A program made the position numbers and the translations under genes. Under the pieces are notes generated by a model that was not told the DNA's origin, searched no databases, and saw nothing but the letters and a program-made list of their open reading frames with translations. A stretch of 49,887 bases of DNA from an uncultured Methanosarcinaceae archaeon (lineage in GTDB: Archaea > Halobacteriota > Methanosarcinia > Methanosarcinales > Methanosarcinaceae): contig CAVRJG010000050.1 of the NCBI GenBank assembly GCA_963721455.1, forward strand, positions 1 through 49,887, given 5' to 3'. Positions 18,755-29,483 of the stretch are shown here, piece after piece; position 1 is the stretch's first letter, and the number at the start of each line of letters is the position of its first letter.

Positions 18755-19216
18755 AACCTAACAAAAACATAACAAAAGGTAACCAATTGCCAAAAAATAC
18801 GAAAAACCTGCATCATTCGACGTGATTTTGAAAAAAGACCTAACACATAATCTAACAAAAACCTAACAAATCTAACAAAAACCTAACACTTTTTTAGACA
18901 GATACCTAACACTAAAAAAAAAGAGCATTCGACACTTTTTGGAGAACAACCTAACAAAAACATAACAAAAACTACTGGTTTTGAGTGTTAGGTAGCCAGC
19001 GAGGGTAGACCTAATTATTTAAATTAATTTAAAGAGCGAAAAGATACCGTCACGTAGTTGAGATACTAACTAACTATATATACTATATAGCTCAAATAAA
19101 AAACACTTTCATATTATTTATAACTTTCTACACGGTTGAAAAACATGTGCCGAAATCATTCTACATTCGGTCTACCCTCGCAAAACGCCTAACAAAAACC
19201 TAACAATATCCTAACA
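18755..19216. repeat. Origin-like zone: clustered (C)CTAACA motifs, 26-bp inverted repeat, AT-rich core
   Basis: About a dozen cctaaca/ctaaca/cataaca; tgttagg-N6-gcgagggtagacc (18986-19011) mirrored at 19169-19194. Confidence 0.7.
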
Positions 19217-19367
19217 CCCATTTATGACATACGTTGTGTTACATTTAGATGAAAAATTCATATCCATATAAAATGCAAAAATAAGCGATAAAAAAAGTAA
19301 GTCAATAGATGCCGTTTTTCAGTCTCTCACTCAAGGAACAGTATTCTTGATGTCAGTAAGTATCACG

Positions 19368-19940
19368 AAACCTACCAGAACCTAACATGTCAATTGATGC
19401 TGATTCCGGCAAACATAACATCATATCTCCAGTCTCTGATAAATCCTGCCAGAACCTACCAAAACCTACCAAAACCTAATACGTCAATTGATGCTGATTC
19501 CGGCAAACATAACATCATATCTCCAGTCTCTGATAGATCCTGCCAGAACCTACCAAAACCTACCAAAACCTAACACGTCAATTGATGCTGATTCCGGCAA
19601 ACATAACATCATATCTCCAGTCTCTGATAGATCCTGCCAGAACCTACCAAAACCTACCAAAACCTAACACGTCAATTGATGCTGATTCCGGCAAACATAA
19701 CATCATATCTCCAGTCTCTGATAGATCCTGCCAGAACCTACCAAAACCTACCAAAACCTAACACGTCAATTGATGCTGATTCCGGCAAACATAACATCAT
19801 ATCTCCAGTCTCTGATAGATCCTGCCAGAACCTACCAAAACCTAACACGTCAATTGATGCTGATTCCGGCAAATATAACATCATATCTCCAGTCTCTGAT
19901 AGATCCTGCCAGAACCTACCAAAACCTAACACGTCAATTG
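19368..19940. repeat. Tandem array of six near-perfect units (4 x 94 bp + 2 x 84 bp)
   Basis: gtcaattga recurs at 19389, 19483, 19577, 19671, 19765, 19849, 19933. Confidence 0.95.
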
Positions 19941-20040
19941 AGAAGGAGTAGCACATACGGGCAATTCATGAAACAGCTTCTTGTCGCACTACAGAACTTT
20001 CGGTACACTGCCCAATTCGGAAATTTGAGTACTCTCATTA

Positions 20041-20173
20041 AGAGCCTATCCGAAAAGTGGTTACAAGCTACAACTTTTACAATATGCAATATGCAAAACC
20101 GGAACCGATACTCTGATATTATAGACCTATTGTGACTTTTCAATATGCATTACTGACTTTTCGGATAGGCTCT
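20041..20173. mobile_element. MITE with TIR agagcctatccgaaaagt
   Basis: 18-bp perfect IR; solo ends of the same type at 27691 and ~39323. Confidence 0.85.
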
Positions 20174-20230
20174 AAGCAGAAAAATAACATTTAAAGGCCA
20201 GAATTATAGCCTCAAATTGCAGAAAAATTA

Positions 20231-20246
20231 TTTTTGCAACGGAACC
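20231..20246. mobile_element. Solo IS6-type right inverted repeat
   Basis: tttttgcaacggaacc identical to the IS6 end at 5900-5915. Confidence 0.75.
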
Positions 20247-20315
20247 GTTTCTAAAGCCTTCAAACCAAAATATTTAATTGGGTTTAATATACAGTTGGAG
20301 ATATAAATATTATAT

Positions 20316-21647
20316 ATGTTAGGGGCCCCTCTAATGAAAAAAACAAAAATGTCGGCAGACGCTGGCAGGACCGGGACTTTGAGTTTTGTCCATGCTGCTG
20401 ATCTCCACCTTGACAGTCCATTCACAGGAATTTCCGGAATTGACCCGGAGCTGGGGGAAAGGCTTGCGAAAGCTACCTTTCAGGCTTATGAGGCAATTAT
20501 CGAACTTTGTATGGATGAAGAAGTTGACTTTCTGCTTATTGCGGGGGATGTGTATGACAGTACCGACAAGAGCCTTTATGCGCAGGTCAGGTTTATAGAG
20601 GGGCTTCGGAAGCTTGAAACCGCCGGGGTTCAGGTTTTTATCTGCCACGGGAACCACGATCCTCTTGACGGTTGGTCGGCAAGCCTGAAGTGGCCCGGAA
20701 ACGTACATATAATGAGGGGGGAAGGGGCAGAAATTGTGGAATTAGAAAAAGAAGGAGTAATTGCCGCCCTTGTAGTGGGGATGAGTTACCCAACACGACA
20801 CATAATGAAAAATCTTGTAAGAAACTTTCCAAATAAAGGTGATAACTGGCCATTTACTATAGGACTGTTGCATTGCAGCGTGGGAAGCAACCCGGAGCAT
20901 GACCCTTACGCACCCTGTACCCTGCAGGACCTCAGGGAGCTCAACTATGATTACTGGGCTCTGGGCCACATCCATACTCCTTCTATAGTTTGCAAAGAAG
21001 CTCCCGTTGTGATATATTCCGGCAACCCGCAGGGCAGGAATCCAGGTGAAATAGGGGCAAGAGGGTGCTTTATAGTGGATGTTTCCTTTGGAGGAGCCAT
21101 TTCTACCAGGTTCATCGAGACCGACTCTGTCCGCTGGCATACCAGGGAAATTTCCATACAAGGCCTGGAGAAAGAAGGGGAGCTTATAGAAAGTCTTCAA
21201 AGCCAGCTTGATGACATAAGGGAAAATTCTGGGGGAAGGTCTGTGATTTGCAGGTTTGTCCTCAACGGGAGGGGGTCGCTGCATCGCACCCTCAGGGAAA
21301 AGGGATTTCTTGAAGATCTACTCCATTTGCTCAGGGAGGACGAAATCCGGGGCCGGCAGTTCGTCTGGGTAGAGCGCATTGAAGATGAAACACTCTTTCC
21401 CGTGGAAAGGGAGCTTCTTCTTAAAAGGGAGGATTTTGTGGGAGATCTGGTAAAAATCGTGGAGGGCTTGAAAACAGATGAAAAGGCCCTAGATGAGTTC
21501 CGTGAAGCCTTTTCTCCTCTCTTTAAATACGGGAAGGGGAGAAAACACGTTCGCAAAATTGATGACGAAGAGATGAAATTTCTGCTTCAGCGCGCCGAAA
21601 ATATCCTTCTTGATGCCCTGCTCACGGAGGAAGACCATGAAAATTAA
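20316..21647 (+). CDS. Mre11/SbcD-like metallophosphoesterase nuclease (YhaO type)
   Basis: ADLHL, AGDVYD, GNHD, ALGHIH, YSGNPQGR motifs. Confidence 0.92.
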   Translation: MLGAPLMKKTKMSADAGRTGTLSFVHAADLHLDSPFTGISGIDPELGERLAKATFQAYEAIIELCMDEEVDFLLIAGDVYDSTDKSLYAQVRFIEGLRKLETAGVQVFICHGNHDPLDGWSASLKWPGNVHIMRGEGAEIVELEKEGVIAALVVGMSYPTRHIMKNLVRNFPNKGDNWPFTIGLLHCSVGSNPEHDPYAPCTLQDLRELNYDYWALGHIHTPSIVCKEAPVVIYSGNPQGRNPGEIGARGCFIVDVSFGGAISTRFIETDSVRWHTREISIQGLEKEGELIESLQSQLDDIRENSGGRSVICRFVLNGRGSLHRTLREKGFLEDLLHLLREDEIRGRQFVWVERIEDETLFPVERELLLKREDFVGDLVKIVEGLKTDEKALDEFREAFSPLFKYGKGRKHVRKIDDEEMKFLLQRAENILLDALLTEEDHEN

Positions 21648-24600
21648 TGCCATCCATATTGACGGTTTCGGCAAGTTTTCCAGGTTGTCGATGGAAGACC
21701 TGCCCTCCGGTCTGGTAATTTTCACAGGGGCAAATGAGGCTGGAAAATCAACATTATTCACTTTTATCCGGAGGATGTTTTTTGGCATCCCTAACACAAG
21801 GCTCTGCAATCTCTATCCCCCACTTGAAGGAGGGAAGCATGGGGGAAGGCTTGCAGTCATTGATTCCTCCGGAGACCGTTGGGTCATAGAGAGAAACATA
21901 GGCCGAAAAGAGGATGCAAAAGTAGTGCTTCCAGACGGGAATACAGGGGGCAGGGCTGAACTTCTTAAACTCTTGGGCCACGCAGACAGAAACGTCTTTG
22001 AAAATATCTATGCTTTTGGCCTTGAAGAATTGCAGAGTTTTGAGACCCTGAACGACCAGAGCATCAACAGTAAACTCTACAGTGCAGGTACAGGGGTTGG
22101 AGTTTCCATTTCAGGACTGATGAATTCAATCAGCAGCATTGAAAACAACCTGTATAAACCCAGAGGTAGCAAACCCCTTATAAACGAGTTGTTTAGGGAA
22201 ATAGGGAAAACTGAAGAAAAAACTGCCGAACTTGAAGGAGCCCAGAAAAAATATGATTCTCTTCATTTCGAACTGGAACGGCGGACCCTAGATATTGACC
22301 AGTTAAAAGAAAAGTCTCAGAATATACGGAAAAAATTAAACCACATTCAAAACCTGCTTTTCGTCTGGGAAGACTGGAAGACCATCCTTGAGTCAAAAAT
22401 CGCCCTTGAAGGCTTATCCGGGCTTGAGAGTTTCCCCGAAAAAGGGGAAGAAAAGCTTACAAGGCTCCTGGAAAGAATTGAAGAAATAAAAGAGACAATT
22501 TCGAGGCTGCAGCAGGAACTGGAAAAAAATGCCATTAAAGAAAGAAGCATTTCCCCGGACGAAAGCCTTCTGAGGCAAAAAGATGCGATGTTGGAACTGG
22601 AAAGCGGGATTGAAAAGTACAGGTCCGAAGTAAAAATGCTCCCGTCCCTGGAAATAAACCTCAAGCAGGAAGAAGAGGGGCTTTCTGAGCTACTCCTGGA
22701 ACTGGGCCCGAAATGGGATGAGGGAGCTCTGAACCGCTTTGATCGCTCAATCCCAGCAAAAGAAATCGTCATCCAGATGCGAAGGTCAGTAGAGGAAATT
22801 GAGGATCAAATAAAAGAGACCAGAAATGAACTCCAGCAGATTTTAAACAGCATCGAGCGGGTCCTCCAAGAAAATGATGTTTTTGAAGAAAGCCTCCTTG
22901 TATACAGAGTCCAGGTCATCGAACTTGGAAACGGGATCGAGAAATACCAGGCTGATAAGGACTTTCTTCTTTCCGGGACTCAGGAACTTCAGGGCAGAAA
23001 AGCCGAACTAAGGGAAACTCTGTCAGGGCTTGGAGAGGGGTGGAACGAAAGTGCCCTTGCCCGTTTCGAATGTTCGATCCCTTCAAAGGAAAACGTACTC
23101 AGAAAACGAAGGGAAATGGAGGAGGCAGAAAAAACAATTGAGAGATACCGCGACAGGCTCGAACTTGTCCTTGGGGAAATCAAAGAAGTCAGCGAGGAGA
23201 TCGAAGCTCTGAAAGAGAAACTCGAGCTATACTCAGCACTTCCCAATCCTGAAGAGCTCAAGCAGGGGCTTGAAGCTGTAAGCTACCTCAGGGTGAACTA
23301 TCCTCTCCTAAGGGAAAAGGAAAGCGAACTCAAAAATCTGGAAAAGGAAGAGATGCTTTTTGCAGCTTTGAGGCCCCGGGAAGCTGAACATCAGGACGGG
23401 CTTCCCCTCTGGCCTGCAGGAATGCTCCTGCTTGCAGGCGGCATGAGCCTGGCCTACGAGTACATGAATGGAACCCTGCTTTCCGGACTTGGCATATTTT
23501 TCCTCCTTTTCGCTACTTCTGCTGCATACTTCCTGAAAGCCAGGAAAAAGCCCTCAAGCCCTCCTTCCGGGGAGGAGCACCTGAAAGAAACCGAATCCCG
23601 GAAACAGAAAGCTCAGGACTCAAAGGAAAAGCTATACGGAGATATTGCCACCCTGAAAGAATACATAAAAACCCGGGCAAAAAAGTGCGGCTTTGAAGAC
23701 ATCCCCGACCCTTCGGTGCGGGAACAGAAAGCCGATGAGCTGCAAAGGGTCTTGATTGAGTTGAAAACTGCCGGGGAACTGCGCCAGGGAAAGAATAAGC
23801 TCCACAAGAAGCTGGAGAAGTTAAATGCAGGTTACCTGGAACTTGAGGGTAAGCTGAAAGCCGGAGAGGAAAGGCAAGAAGAGGTTCGCCAGGAATGGGA
23901 AGAGTGGCTTTTTTCTTCAGGGCTCGACCCGGAACTTTCTCCCGAACATGTGCTTGAGCTCCTTTCCGTAATCAAAGCCTGCCTGGAAAAGCAAAAAATT
24001 GTTAAAGAACTGGAAAAACAGGTAAAGCTCAAGGAAGCTGCTGTTAAAAAGTACGAAGAGGAAGCCCTTAGCATTCTGGAAGCCTGCGAAAGGCCTGTTT
24101 CGGGAATCATACTCGAAAGTGAAATAGCAAAGCTCCGGGAGGACGTAAGTTTTGCATTTAACCAGGCCGAAAGAATGAGGACACTTGAAGTTGAATCCGA
24201 AAGCCTTGATCACGAAAAAGAAAAGCTCGAAGCCCGGCTCCTTGAGGAGAGAAAGGAAAGGGACTCCCTCTCCGAAAAGTGGACTTGCTGGCTTGGGGCT
24301 TACGGGCTTGACCCCTCGCTTTCCGTGGAAAGCGTGCTTGAAATCTTTTCGGTAATCCGGACGTGCTTTGACAGGCAGCGGGCTATCCGGAACCTTGAAG
24401 GACAGATAGTGTCCAGCAAAACTTCGATAGAAGCCTATGAAGCAAAGGTGAGCGGGGTTCTGCAGGAATGCGGACGTCCGTTTTCTGGGCTTTCTTTCGA
24501 CACTCGGGTAGAGAAACTCCGTTCGAACCTTGAACAGGCATCCGAGGAAGCAAGAAGCCTGGAGCAGCTGAAAACAAGATCAAAAGAACTCGAGATCGAA

Positions 24601-25493
24601 CTTCAGGCAGCTCGGGATAAGTATGAAGACGCTGCAAAAGAGCTTGCAGTCCTTCTTGAATCCGGTTCTGCAAGCACGGAAGAAGAGTTCTGTGAAAATG
24701 CACGGCTCTGGACTCAGCGAACCGAGCTCGAAAAGCAGGGAAAGGGAGGCTGAACAGCAGATTCGTAGGGTTTCCGGGGATGGGGAAAAGTATGAGCATT
24801 TTCATCGAAGAACTGCAAGCCTCCGATCCATCAGGCCTGGAAGAAGAAAACCGCAGGCTAGAGGAATGCCTGAAAACCCTTGAACAGGAGACCACCGAGA
24901 ATATGGACAGGCGTGGAGCGATAGGAAACCAGATCGAACAGCTCGAACACGGAAGTGAAGGTTCCCTGACAAGGGTAATGCAGGAAAGCCTGCTGGAAGG
25001 CCTTCACGAAAAGTCAAGGGAATGGGCTTCTTGGTTTGGCCCGGGAAAGTCCTTGCTAAAGCAATCGAAATCTATGAGAAGGAAAGGCAGCCTGCAGTTA
25101 TCGTTGAAGCCCAGGCCTTTTTTTCAAAGATTACCGGAGGCAGGTACACGAGGATTTATTCCCCGCTCGACTCTCCCGAAATCTATGTTGAAGATCGGGA
25201 AGGACGTCAAAAGAGCATCCGGAACTCAGCCGGGGAACAGCCGAACAGCTTTATCTCTCCCTGCGTTTCGGTTTTATCAGGGAATTCGGCAGGCATTCGG
25301 AATCTCTTCCGTCGTTTTTGATGACGTGTTGGTGAACTTTGACCCTGAACGCTGCAAAAGCACCTGTGAAGCCATAAAGGACCTTGTTTCAGGCAACCAG
25401 GTCTTTTACTTCACCTGCCATCCCGAAACCGTGCAGATGCTTGTAGAAAGGTTCCCCGAAGCCCGGGCTGTAGACCTCGATAAAGTAGCATAA
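21637..25493 (+). pseudogene. SMC/SbcC-like AAA ATPase (YhaN type), C-terminus split by several frameshifts
   Basis: IDGFGKF, GANEAGKST, long coiled coil; ELSRGTAEQLYL and FDDVLVNFD recoverable only by changing frame between 24740 and 25310. Confidence 0.85.
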
Positions 25494-25907
25494 TAAGAGA
25501 GTTGAAGCGTAAAAGGGTTGGATCGGAAGAATTGAAACTAAACCGTTTTACATAAATTGTTGTGAAGCACTTTCACTCAGGAAACGGACTTCATCCCGGT
25601 TCCTGGTGTATCAATTCTATATCCTCAATGAACCCAGGACTATACGCGGATGAACAATGATGAATTCAATTAAGCGTGTTAATCCGTGTCCATTTGTAGT
25701 TGTTCATGGGAAACGCATTGGCAAGTGTTGACTTCAAAGTCGAGTTGTACTTGCCATAATTTGTACCTCGAGTGCACTAAGTTTTTATATTTTATAATTT
25801 ATATCAGAAATCCGGATTCTGTTGTGAACAAATCATCAAAATTTACAATTGTCGACTTCCTGTGTATTTCAGAAAAAATCTTCCTACCGATTCAAGTTTC
25901 CAAACAT

Positions 25908-27690
25908 TCACAGATCAATTCCCTCGCAGTATAATCTAAACCCACACTCCTTACAGTTGTCCGGATACTCTGTCCTCTCAAACCCATGCTCATAATCATA
26001 AGCAATATTTCGTGCAGTCTCTACTATAGAGTCGATTGCTCCTCTATCAAGGGGACTTACCCTGCCTTCAGTACCTCTGTATTCCCCGTCTTCCTGCAAC
26101 TCAAAACTCCTGGGTTTTTCCATGGCCAGCATGTCAAGGGTAAGCCGCTTCACCCGGTATTCCGGATGCATGTGTTCAAAACCTTTTGCGTAAAGTAGGA
26201 GCTGCCTTGAACGGTCTTCGGGGCTCACATCGTACTTACCGGTTTTATAATCGATAATTTCAACCTCTTTCCTGGAAGAGTCAAGTAAATCAACTCTGTC
26301 GATTTTTCCTTTGAAAATGAAATCGTCTATAGGAACGCTAAACCATTTTTCAACCATAAGATTGTTTGAAATCCGGTCTTTATTGCGGAGCCAGAACACT
26401 TCAAAAAGAGGGAAAGTTAATTCTAAATCCACATACATCCATTCCGGCTTTTTATGCAATGCTTCTATTATCTTATAGAGAGCCTGTTTTTCTGAAACTT
26501 TTTCTTTAACTGCGATTTCAAGCACCTCATGCACGAAACTTCCCTTAGCCAGAACACCTGTGGAATCTTCGTTCTTCCGGCTTGGCATGCGCAGGATTTC
26601 CTGCAGTTCATATTGTCTTGGGCAGTTTTCGTACACTTTCAAAGCAGAAAAGCTGAAACCAAAAGCTTCTGGATTGAACCTTAAGCCGTTGCTTCTGGTC
26701 TGCATTTTTGAGAAGATCTCTCCCGCCTTCTCTGCCGGGTCTATCAGGCTCCACTTTTGCTGCATTTCTTCAAGATAGTTCCTACATCCACCATCTCTTA
26801 GAGCCCTATATACCATCAGGTAGTGTACAGCTTCTTCAAGGTCCTTATCAAGGGATTCAATAAGCAGCTGAATACACCTGTTTTTCTCTCGCTCAAGTTC
26901 ATTGTCCCTTACAAGGCCTGCAGTTTTGATCTCAAGGTCTCTCCGGTAAGACAAATCAAGCACATCAAAAGGGGTCTCTATTTCCCTGTTACCGCTTGCT
27001 TCCCTTTCCACAGCAATTTCCAGATCCCGCCAGTGGTCATACCCAACTTCCATGAGAAATTCGGAAGGCTCCCGCTCCTTACCACCATATTCTAGAGAAA
27101 GAGTTAGTATAAGGTCTTCTTTTGCCCTTGTAAATGCCACGTAACAGAGCCGGCGCTCTTCTTGTAGTTTTATCTTTTTTTTACGCTCTTTAATTGCATT
27201 TTCAAGCTCTGCTTTACTTAATTTCAATGAGAAGAGATCCTGATACTGGCTCATCATTTCCAGTGGAATCAGAGGTTCTTGCCCACCCCTAAGCAGAGGG
27301 AACTTATCCTTTGCCATGCTGGTCACAAAAACGACTTTGAATTCAAGCCCTTTTACTGCATGGATACTCATCAGGCTTACAGCATCGTCCTCCTTGATCT
27401 TTGCAGATGCAGGGTTGCCTCCCATTTCGTCCAGAATCTCTAGATAATCAATGAAACCAAAAAGCTCTCTGTTGTAGAATTGTTCATAATTCTTTGCCAT
27501 TTCATGCAGGTTTCTCAGGTTAAGGAAAGCTTCTCTGGCTTTCAACGTATCCAGCCTATTTAAGTGTCTCACAAGCCCACTGCGGTCATAAATTTCAAGC
27601 AAAAGATCCGAGACATCCAGCAGGTTTTTCTCTCCAAGAACCCTGACTGTTTCTTTCACTTTTTCAACAGTACTCCGTCCTTTTTCACTT
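25908..27690 (-). pseudogene. C-terminal part of a UvrD/AddA-like helicase fused to a PD-(D/E)XK nuclease
   Basis: SIHAVKGLEF, EERRLCYVAFTRAK, GKIDRVD, IIDYKTG, CP...CKEC.FRLYC; Walker A half missing; open frame ends at a MITE end at 27691. Confidence 0.85.
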
Positions 27691-28258
27691 AGAGCCTATC
27701 CGAAAAGTGTTGTAACCAGTGTATCTTACTATTGGAAGCCAAAGACGTTCGCCTGCTGTAATAGCTACTGCATAGAAAGATCTGTAATCAATTTATTTTG
27801 CGAGAGTGGTAGGTTTCTATTACCTCTCTTTTTGAAATATCTACAACGCCTCTCTATGTAGAAAAGACTCAAGCAAAAAAGAAAGAAAAGGATTTCAGAT
27901 AAACATCGAGATCTTGGCTATAGTAAAACTAGACTAATTTTATAAATGTTATATTAAATAAGGAATAATTATTCTAGTATCTTAATATTATTGTAAAATA
28001 TATATGTAGATGCACTCAGGTCGATAGAATTGAACATTTTTCTCATTATGTTGATAAAAATGGGCAGTGTGCCGTTTTTTCTGTAAAATCATAAATCTCA
28101 AGAAGTTATTGGGTAGAAAAATCGATATTGTAATTAATTTTACCTACCATGGTACAAAAATTAACTTTGAATTTACAGCAAGTTCGCCACAGCCGAAAAA
28201 TGAACGTCATGAGTGCAATAGCAATAAAAATAAAATAACAAATGTGGAGGCAAATACT

Positions 28259-28492
28259 ATGGGATTTGGATTATTTGGTAGAGGGTTTGATGGTTGCGGC
28301 GGCTTTGGCGGCTGCGGAGGCGGGTTTGACGGCGGTTGTGGCGGCTTTGGAGGTTTTGGCGGCTTTGACGGCGGTTGTGGCGGCTTTGGCGGCTGCGGCG
28401 GCTTTGACGGCGGTTGTGGCGGATTTGGCGGGTTCGGCGGTCGCATCCGAGGCGCCTTCCGTGGCGAATTCCGTGGCGGACGCCGCTGGTAA
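28259..28492 (+). CDS. 77-aa Gly/Phe/Cys repeat peptide with Arg-rich tail
   Basis: GGAGG RBS at 28246-28250; FDGGCGGFGG repeats with variation at synonymous positions. Confidence 0.7.
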   Translation: MGFGLFGRGFDGCGGFGGCGGGFDGGCGGFGGFGGFDGGCGGFGGCGGFDGGCGGFGGFGGRIRGAFRGEFRGGRRW

Positions 28493-28679
28493 TTATAACA
28501 GTCGAGTCTGAAAGAATTAGTCCCTTGTGAGGGGCGGGGTCACAGGTTTGTGGCATTTTCTCCTCCCTCTCGTTTACGTTTTTTGCTTTCATGTTTTGTT
28601 TGTATCCTCTTCAAGTTTGATGGGTTTTCAATCACAGGAAAAATATAATAGTTGCTCCATTTACCCTTATCATATTTTG

Positions 28680-29483
28680 GAGTAAAAAGATGGTACAATA
28701 ATAAATGTTTCAATAACTCTTTCTCTTATTTTTGATATTTATGAAAAGTTGACTGGTATCTCGGTTATTTATAGAGATATAACCAAAAGAAAAGAAGCAG
28801 AAGACGCTTTGAAATATTTTGAGACTGCTCGTAAAAAAGAGATCCACCACAGGATTAAGAATAACCTGCAGGTAATCTCCTCCCTGCTGGAACTTCAGGC
28901 TGAAAAATTCAACAATAGGAAGGATATTGAAGATTCACAAGTTATGGAAGCCTTCAGGGAAAGTCAGGACAGAGTAATATCCATGGCTCTTATCCATGAG
29001 GAACTGCACAAAAGTGAAGGACTCGACACACTTAACTTTTCGCCGTACATTGAGAAACTCGCCAGGAATCTTTTTCTGACATATAGACTTGAAAATACTG
29101 ATGTCAGCTTAAATATGGATTTGGAAGAAAATATTTTCCTCGACATGGATACTGCAGTTCCAGTAGGGATAATCGTTAACGAAATAGTTTCCAACTCCCT
29201 TAAACATGCATTTCCCGGCAGAGACAAAGGAGAAATCCAAATCAAACTCCATAGAGAAGAAAATGGGGAAAACAAAAAGGAAGGAAATAAGAGTACATGT
29301 TTTACTCTGATCGTTTCAGATAATGGTGTAGGTATTCCTGAAAACCTTGACATTGAAGATCTTGATAGTCTTGGCATGCAGTTGATAACCACCCTTGTAG
29401 ATCAGTTAGATGGGAAACTTGAACTGAAAAGCAACAGTGGAACAGAATTTGCTATAAGGTTCACAGTAACAGAAGAAAAATAA
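28680..29483 (+). pseudogene. Histidine kinase (HisKA_2/HATPase) lacking its N-terminal sensor
   Basis: KEIHHRIKNNLQ, NEIVSNSLKHAF, SDNGVG, LGMQL; upstream in-frame PAC remnant KDGTIINVSITLS with no start. Confidence 0.8.

Noticed and set aside
18755-19216. Telomere-like TTAGG repeats on the minus strand
   Set aside because: Motifs are dispersed, not tandem, and internal to the sequence; a protein-binding iteron is more plausible
19368-19940. Possible CRISPR array
   Set aside because: Whole units are identical with no unique spacers, and no cas genes are nearby
19676-20135. ORFs of 72-121 aa in the tandem array
   Set aside because: By-products of the two 84-bp units; the 94-bp units break frame
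25908-26660. Cas4 / CRISPR adaptation gene
   Set aside because: The four-Cys nuclease domain is fused to a UvrD C-terminus and there is no cas context
28067-28592. Longer 141-aa version and Pro-, Ala- or Arg-rich alternative frames of the Gly-rich gene
   Set aside because: The RBS and composition shift support ATG 28259; other frames are repeat shadows
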